Positions 50,876-63,714 of a stretch of 64,000 nt of DNA are shown here, piece by piece. The DNA comes from Chiloscyllium plagiosum (Eukaryota), in assembly GCF_004010195.1 (NCBI RefSeq), contig NC_057719.1, positions 57,853,908 to 57,917,907 on the forward strand, given 5' to 3'. How positions within the stretch are numbered: the first letter of the stretch is position 1; each line of letters opens with the position of its first letter. The notes under the pieces are model-generated. The model saw nothing but the letters and a program-made list of their open reading frames with translations. It had not been told where the DNA came from and made no database searches. The translations under genes were made by a program, and so were the position numbers.

Positions 50876-51882
50876 AGGAGTGCCACATGGATTGGTGCTG
50901 GGTCCACCTGTTTTCTTTATATATATAAATGATTTGGATGTGAAAATAGGAGGGAAGGTTTGCAGATGACACCAAAATTGGAGGTGTATTGGACAGCAAA
51001 GAAAGTTACTCAGAGGACAACAGAATCTTGATCACAAAGGCCAATGGGCCAAGGAGTGGCAAATAGGGTTTAATTTAGATAAATGTGAGGTGCTGCATTT
51101 TGAAAAGGCAAATCAGGGCAGGACTTACACACTTAATGGTAAGGTCCTGAGGAGTGTCGGTGAACAAAGAGACCTTGAATTGCAGGTTCATAGTTCCTTG
51201 AAAGTGGAGTTTCAGGTAGATAGGATAGTGAAGAAGGTGTTTAGTATGCTTTCCTTTATTGGTCAGTGCATCGAATATAGGAATTGGGAGGTCATATTGC
51301 GGCCGTACAGGTCATTGGTTAGGCCACTTTGGAATATTGTGTGCAATTCTGGTCTCCCTGCTATAGGAAGGATGCTGATAAACTTGAAAAGGTTCAGAAA
51401 AGATTTTCATGGATGTTGCCAGGGTTGGAGGATTTGAGCTATAGGGAGAGGCTGAACAGGCTGGGACTGTTTTCCCTTGAGCGTCGGAGGCAGCGGGGTG
51501 ACCTTACAGAGGTTTATAAAATCATAAGGAGCATGGATAGGATAAATAATGTCTTTTCCCTGGCTCGGGTGAGCACAGAACTACAGGGCATAGGTTTAGT
51601 GTGAGAGGGGAAAAATTTAAAAGGGACCTAAGGGGCAACTTTTCACGCAGAGTGTGGTGCACGTATGGAATGAGCTGCCAGAGGAAGAGGTGGAGGCTGG
51701 TACAATTACAACATTTGAAAGGCATCTGTATAGGTATATGGATCAGAAGGGTTTAGAGCGATATGGGCCAAGTGCTGGCAAATGGGAATAGATTAATTTA
51801 GGATATCTGGTTGGCATGGACGAGTTGGACTGAAGGGTCTGTTTCTGTGCTGTACATCTCTATGACTTTGTGATTCTATGAT
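50876..51882 (+). mobile_element. 5'-truncated CR1 LINE
   Basis: FADDTKIGG, KCEVLHF, EYCVQFWSP, LERRRQRGDL and 3' tail. Confidence 0.93.
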
Positions 51883-51889
51883 AGTGTCG

Positions 51890-52700
51890 AACTTCAACTG
51901 ACCAAAACAGGTTGGTAGAATGGACAGTAAATGGTGGATTCCAAAGGCAGTATAGGAGCAGAGGTACTGTATAAATGTACACAAATCATTGAAGCTTGCA
52001 GAACAAGTTGAGAGAATGATTGATAAGCCATAAAGTATTCTTTCTTTATTAATAGAATACTGGTTTGAAACAATTGGAGTACTTAAGCAGTTCTGGGTGC
52101 CACACTTCAGGAAACATATGAATGTGATAGACAATGCAGAAACGATTCAATTAAATGGCCCCTGGGAAGATAAATTTCAGTTCCATCAAGAGATTGTTGA
52201 AGTTTGGATTGCCTTAATAAAAAAAGAGAAGATTGTGAGGAGATTTGATCAATATCTTCAAACACAAGACAAAGTCGATAGGGAGAAGAATCAAGAACAA
52301 GACAATCGAGGTTGAAGGTGCCATGAGAAAATAAACATCTCCAATCGACGAGTGGCTAGGTTCTGGAATATACTGACTAAGTGTAGTGGAAGTAGATTCA
52401 ATCAAAGCATTCGCAAGAAAATTGAATTGATACCAGAAAAGTGAAAATGCATGGTGGCAAGAGGAAACACCAAGGAAAAAGCATGGAATGGCACTAAGCA
52501 AGTTGTTCCTGATGAAGGGTTTTTGCCTGAAATGTCAATTTTCCTGCTCCTCGGATGTTGTTGTGCTTTTCGAGCACCACACTCTCGACTCTAATCTCCA
52601 GCATATGCAATACTCACTTTTGCCAAGTTGTTCTGAACGGACAGCCAGCACAGCTACTACAGGCTAAACAGACTCCCTCTGCACTGCAATAATTCTGTGT
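51890..52700 (+). mobile_element. Old CR1 3' fragment hosting a Penelope insertion
   Basis: cagttctgggtgccacacttcaggaa (QFWVPHFR); decayed 3' tail. Confidence 0.6.
52509..52623 (+). mobile_element. 115-nt Penelope terminal-repeat insertion starting at the hammerhead core, 10-bp TSD
   Basis: TSD caagttgttc at 52499-52508 and 52624-52633; insert begins CTGATGAAGGGTTTTTGCCTGAAATGTC. Confidence 0.88.
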
Positions 52701-53004
52701 AAAATGCTCTTATTTTTCCCTATTCCAATGGGATAATCCTATTAACTCAATTATCGTGTTATAACTTTAATTTCTTAATACAAGCACCATGAGTCAATTT
52801 GCACAGTAAATTCACCATCATTGTAGTGGATGTTTGCAATACTGTAATAATGTACTAACTGCTGTTTTGCACAAATTTATTGTTAGTTCATGACTCCTAT
52901 GATCTATGCATTTTAGTTGGCTTCATTACAACTTAATTTACTCTTCAGATTTATGCTGCTAATAATTGTTTTACACAACTCTTGATCTCTGTTTTTCTAC
53001 ACAA

Positions 53005-53378
53005 TTCTAGGTAGACAGGCAGGAGGCTGGAAGAATATAGCAAGCCAGGCAGCATCAGGAGGTGCAAAAGTCGATGTTTTGGGTGTAACCTTTCTTCAGG
53101 ACTGGGGTGGGTGTGAGGGGTAACTGTACATAAAGGGGGGGGGGGGCAGGGGCAGGTGGTGAAGTGGGGATAGGTGAAGACAGGTAGAGTGGTACAACCT
53201 GGTGGGTCAATGGTAGGAATGAATCTGGTTGGTGGCTGGAACAGTGGGAGGGAGCAGGAGGGGCTGGAAAGGGAGTCGGGGGATGGGGATAGAGATTATT
53301 TGAAATTAGAGAACTCAGTGTTGAGTCCTCCAGGTGTAGGGTGCCCAGGTGAAAGATAAGGTGTTTGTCTCTCTCCAC
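53005..53378 (-). mobile_element. Penelope-like 3' fragment, third family, with hammerhead motif at 53069-53103
   Basis: KHLIFHLGTLH; minus aguc CUGAAGA AAGGU UAC ACCC AAAACAUC gacu. Confidence 0.8.
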
Positions 53379-54179
53379 ACCATTTGGCAGCTTTCCATTA
53401 AATATCTACTTGCTTTTATTATTTTTCTTCCTGAAATGTATCTCACACTGAATCACATTAGATGGCATCTGTCAACTGTCTGCCCTTTCCAATAAGTAGT
53501 CTGGCTTCCTGAAACCTTCAAGTCATCCTGCTGAGTGCCATACTCCCTATCATAAACACATTTTCAGACAGTGTTCTGTGTATCTGTGTTCTGATTCATC
53601 TAATGCACAAAGAAAAATGTGGACCTAATACTGACCCTGGGGGTACATCATTTTCAATCCAATCAACTCATATTTAACCATACTGTTTCCTTCTGTGCAT
53701 CAACTAATATTCTACTCTATTTTATACTTTTCATCCAGAACATTTTTCATACCAATCTTCTTTTAAGAACTCAAATCCTTTCTAAATATTGATATATTTT
53801 CAATATACTTTTCAACCCAATCACTTTTTTCAAACAAATAAACATAACTTTCCTTTATTAGCTGTATATCTGCTGTCTTTTGACATACTATTTTGTCATG
53901 TAGTTTTCAAATTTCCTTTGACTTTTTTTTTATAGTCCCTCAATAGCCACTGGGAGAAAAGCAAATCAGGTTCTTAAAATCCTCAATTTTAAATCAAGTT
54001 ATTTTGTTAAGCATTTAAAAAGTTTCATTATTTTTACATATGTTTCTTAAAAATATCATGTTTTGTCTTTGTTGAATTTGTTTTCCTGATCTGCTAAACC
54101 TCTCCAGTATATACAAAGAAAACATTCCCTTCATCTGCATATCGTTAAGAATTGTCAGTTTTGTCAATTCCAATTATGT

Positions 54180-54560
54180 CCTCTGTAATGTTGAACTCAT
54201 TCAAAACACTACTACTTGCACATCAACTTGCATCAAGTTCCATTGGTCCCTGTTCTTAATGAACTACATTGGTTTTAATTGGATGACAATTCGATTTTGA
54301 AATGTTTGTTCTTGTTTTCAAATTCTCTGTGGCCTCATTCTCACCCTATCTTTGTAAGCTCCTCAATCCAAAAATCCTTCAAGATTTCTGCTCTACACAA
54401 ATTCTAGCCTCTTGTGAATTTTCAGTTCCCTTTACTTCCACTTTGGCAATCAGACCTTTAGTTCTGGTGTTCCTAAGCTTTGGAACGTCTTTCCTAAGTA
54501 ACTTTGTTACTGTATTTTCTTCCTTTCAAGATACTGCTTACAACATACATTTTTGATTAA
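54180..54560 (+). mobile_element. L2-like LINE 3' fragment
   Basis: ctacattgg...tgttcttgttttcaaattctctgtggcctc...ccctatctttgtaagctcctc. Confidence 0.6.
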
Positions 54561-54739
54561 GTTTTTGTTCGGCGTTCTGAATATTACTTTGAGAGATTTG
54601 GTTGCAATCCTGTTTGAGCATTTTCCATCACAAGTTTGCCATTCTTCAAATTTGAGATTAAACTTCAAGACTATTCCAGCTGTGCCTATATCTTAATCAT
54701 TTGTACAAATGGAACTCATTACAGTGCTCAAATGCAAAA

Positions 54740-54965
54740 ACAAAAACAGAAATTGCTGGAAAAGCTCAGCAGGTCTGGCAGCATTTTTGGAGAGAAATCA
54801 AAGTTAACCTTTCCGGTTGAGTGACCCTTGCTCAGAACAGTTTTGAGGAAGGTCACTCCTCCTGAAATGTTAACTCTGATTTCTCTCGACAAATGTTGCA
54901 AGAACTGCTGAGTTTTTCAAGGAATTTCTGGTTTTGTTTCTGATTTACAGCAGCCACAGTTTTTC
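54740..54965. mobile_element. Head-to-head palindromic Penelope terminal repeats (second family) with two decayed hammerhead motifs
   Basis: About 95-nt inverted arms around the axis at 54839 (cagaac a gttttg). Confidence 0.8.
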
Positions 54966-57324
54966 GGTCCTAACTGTGCTCCAATAGCTACCTTGAATAG
55001 CACTCCCATCAAAATAGTAAAATCTTCGAGGAACCAGACCAGAGTACTATTTCTTACCCCTCTGCACCTGTTAACACTATTCCTTGGGATGACTTGGCAA
55101 AGATTTTAGGGAATAGTGTTAACAGTTCCACAATATAAAAGTGGAAGTAGAGAATTACGTAAAAGCCTCTTTTTTCCCTATTCATTTGTCTTTGTCTCTG
55201 TGTTGATTTATAAACCTTCAGCTCTTGCCTCCTTCAGAGCTTTTCTGCCTTATTTGTCCTCCTTTGCAAATTGTAGGTTCTACTGGGATACCTTTGCTGC
55301 AGAAACCACTTGCTCTCTCTTTGTTTTAGCTAATTCCTGCTAAGTGTCAGCAATCTTTGGGAAATCTCCTCTGGATGGATAGTAGTCAGAGAAATTGGTT
55401 ACGCTTTGGCAAAGTCTGTGTAGAAGCCCTCCAACCCATACAAGAAGGAAAGTCCAGTCAAAGGAATTTACCGAATGCTAGCTAGGATGAACTGGCCCAT
55501 AATTTGTGAGCTTATTATCTTTCCCTTATCATGAACAAATTTGTAATGTATTCTACCTTCTGGACATTTGCCCCAATTATCATTTCCAAAGAGTTTTGTA
55601 CAATTAAAGCATGTCTGCTATCTTCTCAATCTCATTCAATAACCTCAGCTTCATGCCCTCTGGTCCTGACAAATTTGCATTTTTAGTCTTATTAACTTTT
55701 CAATATAGCAGCCTTTTAACATTTATCTCTAGCATTCACTGCATCCTGTTCAAGTATTTCTGCAATCTAATTTTTATTCTTCAAAAACTGTTGTGAAATA
55801 TTTAAGAAGTATCTTAGCTATTCTCAGTCTCGAGTCCAAAGTACTTCTAGTCCCAATGCATCATTCTATGTTGATTATCAAACACCTTACTATTTCCCTT
55901 TACTGTTTGCTAGTCATCCTTTACATTCTTTTAGTTGCCTCTTTGCTAACTTTCTGTGCCTTTTTCTTCTAAAGTGCATTGGCATTACAGTTACTTAAAA
56001 TAGTTACTTATAATGCTGGCCACTACCAAATTTTGAATTTGGTAGTGGCTATTATTGCTGAAGACACCTTGTTTCCAATTAGTTTAAGAAATAGAGTGCC
56101 CTGTTTGGAAATTGCTGGTTAATGCTCAAATTCCTCGCCTAGCAGATTTGAAAATTTAAATACTGACACTACTTCATAAATGCCCAACTCTAGTTGTTAC
56201 AGAAATCAAGCTTTGGCAACTGTAATGCATTGTGTTGACATAATAGTGATGATTTTATAGAGTTAGAGTGTTGAATGACAGTGAAAGACATCAGGAGGGA
56301 AACCTAAGGTGTTCAATTGCTAAGCAGAGCTTTCCAAAATGTTCCTAATGTGATCCCATGTCAAGGCTTGAAAAGTGCTGTGACATCACCTCCCCCAACC
56401 AATGAAAACTGAGAAGTAGAGGGGGTTTGTGAGGAGGGCTGGTGAAGATCATAGATGAAGTGAGTAGGGTAGAGAGGGCATGTGAAGAAGAGCATGGTGG
56501 CGATGAAATGCTGTGGTGGCTATTGCTGCTTGAAGCTCACTCTGCCAATACTTTCGCTCCTGACCCTAACTAGGGTTCTGGGCCTTGCTTTGGGAAACTC
56601 TGCACCAGGAGTTATTTCAAGTTGTGGGAATGTCAGAAGCTCAGCCACCTGCTGATTGACAGTAGGTGGTCAATTCATTGGCCTATTGAAGTTCATTTTA
56701 CTTTGCTGCTGTCTTTATGCCAGTGTAGAAATGGCATCCAGCTACATAGAGAGTGCACCAACTGCATTAATGCAGCCTCCCAGTAGCTTCCTGGAGGATC
56801 AAAGCAGGATTCCTTTCCACAGGTTCTATGGTTCAAGATGGTATCCTCTGGTGGCATTGATTATTTATGTGGTTCAACATCATTGTTGGCATGATCATCC
56901 CTCATTCCCAGTAAACCCATTCTTCCCAGTTGCAGGCTCAGCAGTGGCCATCTTTACCAAAACTGCAGACCTAGTGCATCTCTGATTTGGTTGGCCAGTC
57001 AGAAGACCAGCCATCCATCCTTAATTGGACAGTGGTCCTGGAGCTGACCTCTTAATCGGCTGCCATTAGGAATGTTGCAGCCATGGTCCTACTGTCCTCC
57101 CATGCAGGCAGGTGTCCCACTGTCAGGAAGAACCTCATTGTGGCAAAATCCGAGCCGGTGATGCACTGGGACAGGAGTTTTCTTTCAACCCCAATATTGA
57201 CTATTGTGAACTATCTGATTAAGGATCATTTTTGTATTTTGGAGGAATTTAGTAGCATTTCCACACCAAAAGAACCTGACAGTAATTTGAGTGTCTCCAT
57301 TTTGCAGAATACTTATACATAATT

Positions 57325-58405
57325 TATAGAATCACAGAATCATACAAAACGAAACAGACGCTTCAGTTAAACCTATCCACGCTGACCAGACACCCCAGTC
57401 TGAACTAGTATCATTTACTATGGTCCACATCCCTCCTCACCCTTCCTATTCATATACCCATCCAAATGCCCTTTAAATGTTGTATTTGTACCTACCTCCA
57501 CCAGTTCTTCTGGCAGCTCGTTCCATTTACTTACCACTCTCTGTGTGAAAAAAGTTACCTCTCAGGCCTTTTAAAGTCTTTCTGCTCTTACCTTAAACCT
57601 ATGCCTCTAGTTTTGGACTTTCCAGCCTCAGAAAAAGACCTTGGCTATTCACCCCATCCTTGCCTTTCACGACTTTCTAAACCTCAAGAAGGTAACTGCT
57701 CAGCCTTTGACACTACAGGGAAAAAAAGCCTCAGTTTATTTAGTCTCTCCCTCTAACTCAAATGCTCCAGTCCCAGCAATATCCTTGTAAATCTTTTCTG
57801 CACACTCTCAAGTTTAACAATATCCTTCCTATAGCAGGGTGACCAGAATTGCATACAGTATTCTAAAAGTCTTGTACAGGCACCATATGATGTCCCAACT
57901 CCTATACTCAAGTGTTCTGAACAATGAAGGGAAACATTCCAAATGCCTTCTTCACCATCCTGTCTATCTGCAACTCCACTTTCAAGGAACTATGCATCTG
58001 TACCCCTAGATCTCTTTGTTCAGCAACACTCACCAGGACCTTACCATTAAGTGGATAAGTCCTGCCCTGGTTTGCCTTACCAAGATGAAACACCTCACAT
58101 TTATCTAAACTAATCACCATCTGGCATTCCTCAGCCCATTGGCCATCTGATCAAGGTCTCATATTCTGAGATAATCTTCACTGTCCACTACCCTACTGAT
58201 TTTGGTGTCTTCTGCAAACTTACTAACTATATCTCCGACATTCACATCCAAATCATTTGGATAAATGATGAAAAGCAGTGGACCCAGCACTAATCCTTGA
58301 GGCACTCTGCTGGTCACAGGCTTCCAGTCTGAAAAGCAGCCATCCACTACCACCCTCTGTCTCCAATTGGCTAGCTCCCTCTGAAACCCATGCGATCTCA
58401 CCTTA
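57325..58405 (-). mobile_element. 5'-truncated CR1 LINE
   Basis: RQRVVVDGCFSDW.PVTS.VPQG.VLGPLLF, KFAEDTK, KCEVFHLGK. Confidence 0.92.
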
Positions 58406-58869
58406 CTACCAGTCTGGATACTTTTCTGAAGTCCAGAAGCAACCTAAAGATTCTAACAATGGAGGATTGAAATCGCCTTTGAGGAGGCTTATTCTCCGAA
58501 AAATGGTGTTAGGTTAAGCATTTTTCAGTTGCATTGAACATCATGGAAGGCTAAAAAGCTATAGTATGCCCACAGATTGTACATTAAGTAGTTGATTGTA
58601 AAAGGATCCATGTTCCTAACCTTGAACATTTCCAACAGGTGACAATAGTATAAGTGAGCATCAACAGAGATAATATTAAACTAATGCATTAATATAGTAT
58701 TTTAAGATCACCTCATTCACAGTAAGGGTACAAGACAACAGAGAATGTGTGTAATTTGAAAACCGTTAAGATCATTGAGCTACAAATTCAACAAATGAAA
58801 AGTCTCCTTTTGTAAACAGTAATTATAAATGTCCAGTTGGTTTTTATGAAGAGATCAGTGTTCATAGCT

Positions 58870-61700
58870 TAAGGTGGAATTTCCCCAGCTCCTGATTAAC
58901 GTGGACAAAAGTGAGTCAGTTTGTAAACATGATGAGAACAGAAAAATGAGTCTTGATGCCGAGAAAAGAAAAATCTGATTTTTCATTAGAAGAATATCTC
59001 ACTAGTAGACAGCTAGATATAGGCCAATTTGCTTACATTGACATGTCATTATTACCTATTCCCACAACATTTACATACAATTTCCTGTGAAGTTTTACCT
59101 TCCATCCTCATCCAAATCACAAGTATGCGCACAGGTAAAAAGGCTGGGAGAAATCATTACACTGAGGGAGTAAGCTTTTCTTGTGATTGATGTGAGGCCC
59201 AGCAAGGGGTAAACAGACACTTACACAGTAGAGGTTACAGGCATTGGGTATCACATAATCCTCTATGTGGCCATCATGTATTGACCAATTGTCTTGACAA
59301 AAATTCTTGGCCACAGGCAATCTTGACTATATCATTTAACATTATAAATGAAATCTAGTGTAAAGCACCATTTAATGCTAAATAAGTTGTAAAGATTCAC
59401 TTTAACTCCAACAGTCACAATCATCTTCCAAGGTTTATTAGCCCACACAATGTTCAGGAGCTACTTAATTCACACCATGAACTACAAAACATCCACACCG
59501 TTTTCATATATGCAATGCTGACTTTCTTGGGGAGTGTAGGGTTGGAGGTTGAGGGGGCATGATGTGGGAAAGATGAGTTGCTCATCTTCTGAGAAAGTCT
59601 GTGCTGTTTATAGAGGGACACTGGCACTACACTGTCTAGAAATGGCAGTCAGATCACTATGTCACAATGTCATGCAGATCTCCAATATAATCCTTTCTTC
59701 AACAAATTTCTGGTTGATGAGGGTCACTTCCACATCAAGTTCCCACCAGATCAGGTCTGGGGGTTTGTTGCAGCGCAGTATTGACAGATGACATGATTAA
59801 CCCTTGGATTCTTTCCTTTGGACAACTGGAGAACACAACAAAGCCCTGCATGAGGATTCCTGAAGGCTGTGGCATTGTACTGAATAGAAAATTTAGGATG
59901 TATCTTGGAAGGAACATCATCTTCAGCATCCTACAGTGCACTATTATCAGCCAAAGCAACACAGCCATCTTTTATTGTCTGTAAATGTACTGATGCTTAG
60001 AAACCAGCATCCCTGTGAAATTTCAACTACTACTGTTGCTTACTGCTTTGACTCTTCTCATTCACTTCCTGTTGTTTAATAAAGCTATTAGTTACAAACC
60101 GATGGAAGCCTTTCACAACATCCTGATGCTTCCTCATTCAGTCATGACAAAGTTTCATGGTAGCATGGGTGTAACAGAAAAGACAACTATTGTTGAGAGA
60201 GTGTTGCAAAATTGTTTGATGCTAATGATTGCTCGTCTCTCTACTTTCATTTTTGTACCTGTAGCTATAATAACAGTTGTTCATGGAGCTGATGATGTAA
60301 AGTGAACATTTAAAAATGCAATGATGCATTTACAATCAACTTCCACCAGTGCCACCTATGTGCCCCTAGAAGGGTTTCTTTTTCCTTTCCCTTCCACTAC
60401 TTATATTACAGCCCTGAAGCCCAAAGTAGGGTGGAGGTAGTTTGTCCTGTAGCAATGAGGCCTGTTGGCTTTGGAGTTTTGGATGGATAATGCCTGGGGC
60501 CTTTGTCATTAGAGGGCCCAGGCATAATGAGAGTTTTCTGCCACAATGCAAGTTCACTCTCCTTGAACTGCCACACGGTTGCGGATTGCAGATTCATGGA
60601 AGTGGCAATCCTGGTCATCTCTGGAGTATCCTGAGAGGAGACATCTTGGGGCTGCATGTGTTTCCTCATCTGGGTGGGTGCAAACTGGCACTAGCTTGTC
60701 TCCTTGTGAGAAAAGAGCCCTGCAATGTGGTTAAGTGATGTCCCTCACTCTCCTGTTGCCTTGCCATTAGTGTTGAGCACCACTGGCTCCAGTGATGGAG
60801 CACAGATCAATGTGTATATCCAGCTGGACCTGGGACTGCATGGCACATGCCAACCTGACAAAAAGGCAGCCAAATACATACATGCTGGACATAGCACAGA
60901 ACAGAAGGCATTAGTGAACTCCTCTAACCTTTGACAAATCTGCCTGCTGCACCTGAGCCTGTTTGTGCATTTGAATGAAGTATTTGATGGCTGACACTGT
61001 GAGATCTCTCCTGTCTGTGGCTGAGCATGTGCCTGATCTCCGATGGTCCACTGAGTGCCAGTGACCTGGGCATTTCTTCCTTTGCTAACAGTGACATGCC
61101 AGTAGAATGTGCTCCTGCCTCTAACCCAGCTAATATAGCCACGAGATATCAGGATCTAAGCTGGTGGAGTATGTTGGAGACAGATGTTTCATCTGAGGCA
61201 TCTACCTTTTCTTCCTCAGCACTGGAGGAGGAGCTCGTCTTTTCAGGATAGGGTCTGTGCAGATGCCACTGGAACTTGAAAAAACAAGACAGGAGACGAG
61301 TTACAAAATAGGGAAGAAGTTTGGGGATGTTAAGGACGCACTTAGAGTGCAGGTAATGGAAGATCAGTACAGCACTTGGCAGTGCATTTTACTCATTGCC
61401 AGGACAAGGATGTCTGATTATAACTACGAGTGATCCCTATCCTCTCCTGCTCAGGAAAGAATTCTCTGCTATTGGGCTGAGGAAATATAAGAAGAAATGC
61501 CTTGTTTGAGCATGGAACACTTTTAATGGAGCACGAAACACTGAGACTGTTTGAGGCTGAAATGATTCTGCTTTTCTGGAGAGGAGTCCTTGAACATTTG
61601 AAGCAGAGGAAGATACTGCAATGGAGGAAAAGAGGTGGACTATGACTTAGCTTTGAATTGGTCCCAAGATATTGGGGCGGTGCCAGAGATCTTAAATTCA
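58870..61700 (-). mobile_element. Possible decayed PIF/Harbinger DNA transposon
   Basis: Minus catcaatcacaagaaaagcttactccctcagtgt resembles DDE_Tnp_4 INRKG.YSL.V; acidic S/E-rich remnant after an intron-like acceptor near 61285; ggtggaatttccc terminus-like motif at 58873. Heavily decayed. Confidence 0.4.
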
Positions 61701-62589
61701 CAACATATATAAAACATTAGAAGTGGGTGTACTTAATGGGTATGTTTTAGAAATAACACATATTTTAATGCAGACCTAATCATTTAACTCAGCAGTACTT
61801 TGTTCCATTTGTCCATGGGGGAGAACTATTTCTTCTACACCAAAGTTTAATTTTCTGGTAGAAAAATAAAATATCCAGTTAGGTTAAGAACAAAACCTTA
61901 GGTTGCATTGATGCGGGAACTACTGCCACATCTGGAATTTCCTTATATGTGCCCGATTGCTCAGTAGTTCATAGGTCAGGTGAAACAGCAGGGATGATTC
62001 TATTTGTATTTTATAGACGTAGTAGGGTTTGTAAGAGAAAAGCCATTTTCTGTAATTTCACTGTTATGTGTGCCTTAATTACAGTTCTGAATTCCATGGT
62101 GAAGAAATATTACTAATAAGGACTAAACATTTCCCATTTTCTCATGAATAATATGATTATTTTATACATCTGCCAACATTTATTACCAAAACACAGAATT
62201 ATAAATAATAAAAGAAACATGATGAATACTGAAGACATTGAAGCAATCAGTAGATCAGATTGTAACAGATTTTACAGCCCATGTGAATTTTAATGCCTTT
62301 TTAAACATTATTTTTAAATGCCACCAGTAAAGGATTGTTGGTATCCACGTAAGGTGATACCAAGTGCAGTTAAACATCTATTGTAAAACACCACTTGTTG
62401 CGTTACACATTATATTAACACCAATTGCCCTACTTCTTACTGTAGTATGTGGTCTCTCAACATTTCCCATTGAAAATCAATAAGATCCACAGCCAAAAAA
62501 CCTGTTATAATTTAGCAAAGTTTTTTATGTTGTAAATAATGTAGTTAAACATTATGAAATATAAAACTTAACATTAATATAGGAAATAC

Positions 62590-63660
62590 CAAGCAAAAAG
62601 GAAGGCAGCTATGGTTATTGTAGATCTAGGACATTTCTGCACAAGATCCTCAGGGTAGTGTCTTAGGTCCAATCATGTTCAGATGATTCATCAAAAGCCT
62701 CCCCTCCATCTTAAAGTCAGAAGCAGGGATATTTGTTGATGATTGCTCAGTGTTCAGCATCATTTGCAACTCCTCAGAAACTGGAGTAGTCCATGTCCAA
62801 ATGGACACGTTACGCTTGGGCTAATGAGTGACAAGTAAAATGTGCGTTAATAAAGTTTCAGGCGATAGCTATCTCCAAACATCATCCTTGCCACTCAATG
62901 TCATTTCTATAACTAAATCCCCTACTAACAACATATGGGGGTTACGACTGACAAGAAACTAAACTGGACTAACCACCTAGAATAATCACAGAATCCCGAC
63001 CATGTGGAACGAGGCAATACAACCCATTGAGTCCACACTGGCCTTCTGAACAGTGTTGCAACCAGACCCACCAGCGTACCCTATACCTGTAACCCTACTT
63101 TTTCAATGGCTAATCCACCTAACCTACACATCCCTGAACACTAGCATGGCCAATGTACCTAACCTGCACAGCTTTGGATTGTGGGAGGAAACTGGAGCAC
63201 CCAGGGGAAATCCATGCAGACACGGGGAAAACGTGAAAACTCCACACAGTCACCCGGTTCCCTAGCGCTGTGAGGCAGCTGTATTAACCACTGACCACCG
63301 TGCTACTTGAAATACGGTGGCAACAGAGCAGATCACAAGCTGGGAATGTTGTAGTAAATAACTCACATACTGGATCCTCAAAGCCTACCCATCATTTATA
63401 AGGCACAATTCATGAGTGTGATGGAAGAGTGTTCCTATAGCTTATGGTCCATCTGATGAATTTCAACATCTAGAAGGACAAGGGCAACAGATGTATGGAA
63501 TGACTACTCTTCTGTGAAAGAGTGTGTTTTCAATAACACTCAAAAGATGTGATACAATCCAGGTCAAAGCAGCCCAATATATTGCCACCCATCTAATACT
63601 TTCAATATTCACTCCCTTTGCCACTGATGCAATGTGTACTATCCACTAGATGCACAGCAA
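62590..63660 (+). mobile_element. LINE RT/3' fragment (family of 4610-5610) interrupted by a SINE
   Basis: cctcagggtagtgtcttaggtcca (PQGSVLGP), atatttgttgatgattgc (IFVDDC). Confidence 0.75.
62984..63304 (-). mobile_element. HE1-like SINE
   Basis: Similar to 14425-14766. Confidence 0.8.
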
Positions 63661-63714
63661 AAAAACTATGAAAGTTTCCAAACTCAAACAAAAAGCGAGC
63701 TCATAATTTGAGCA

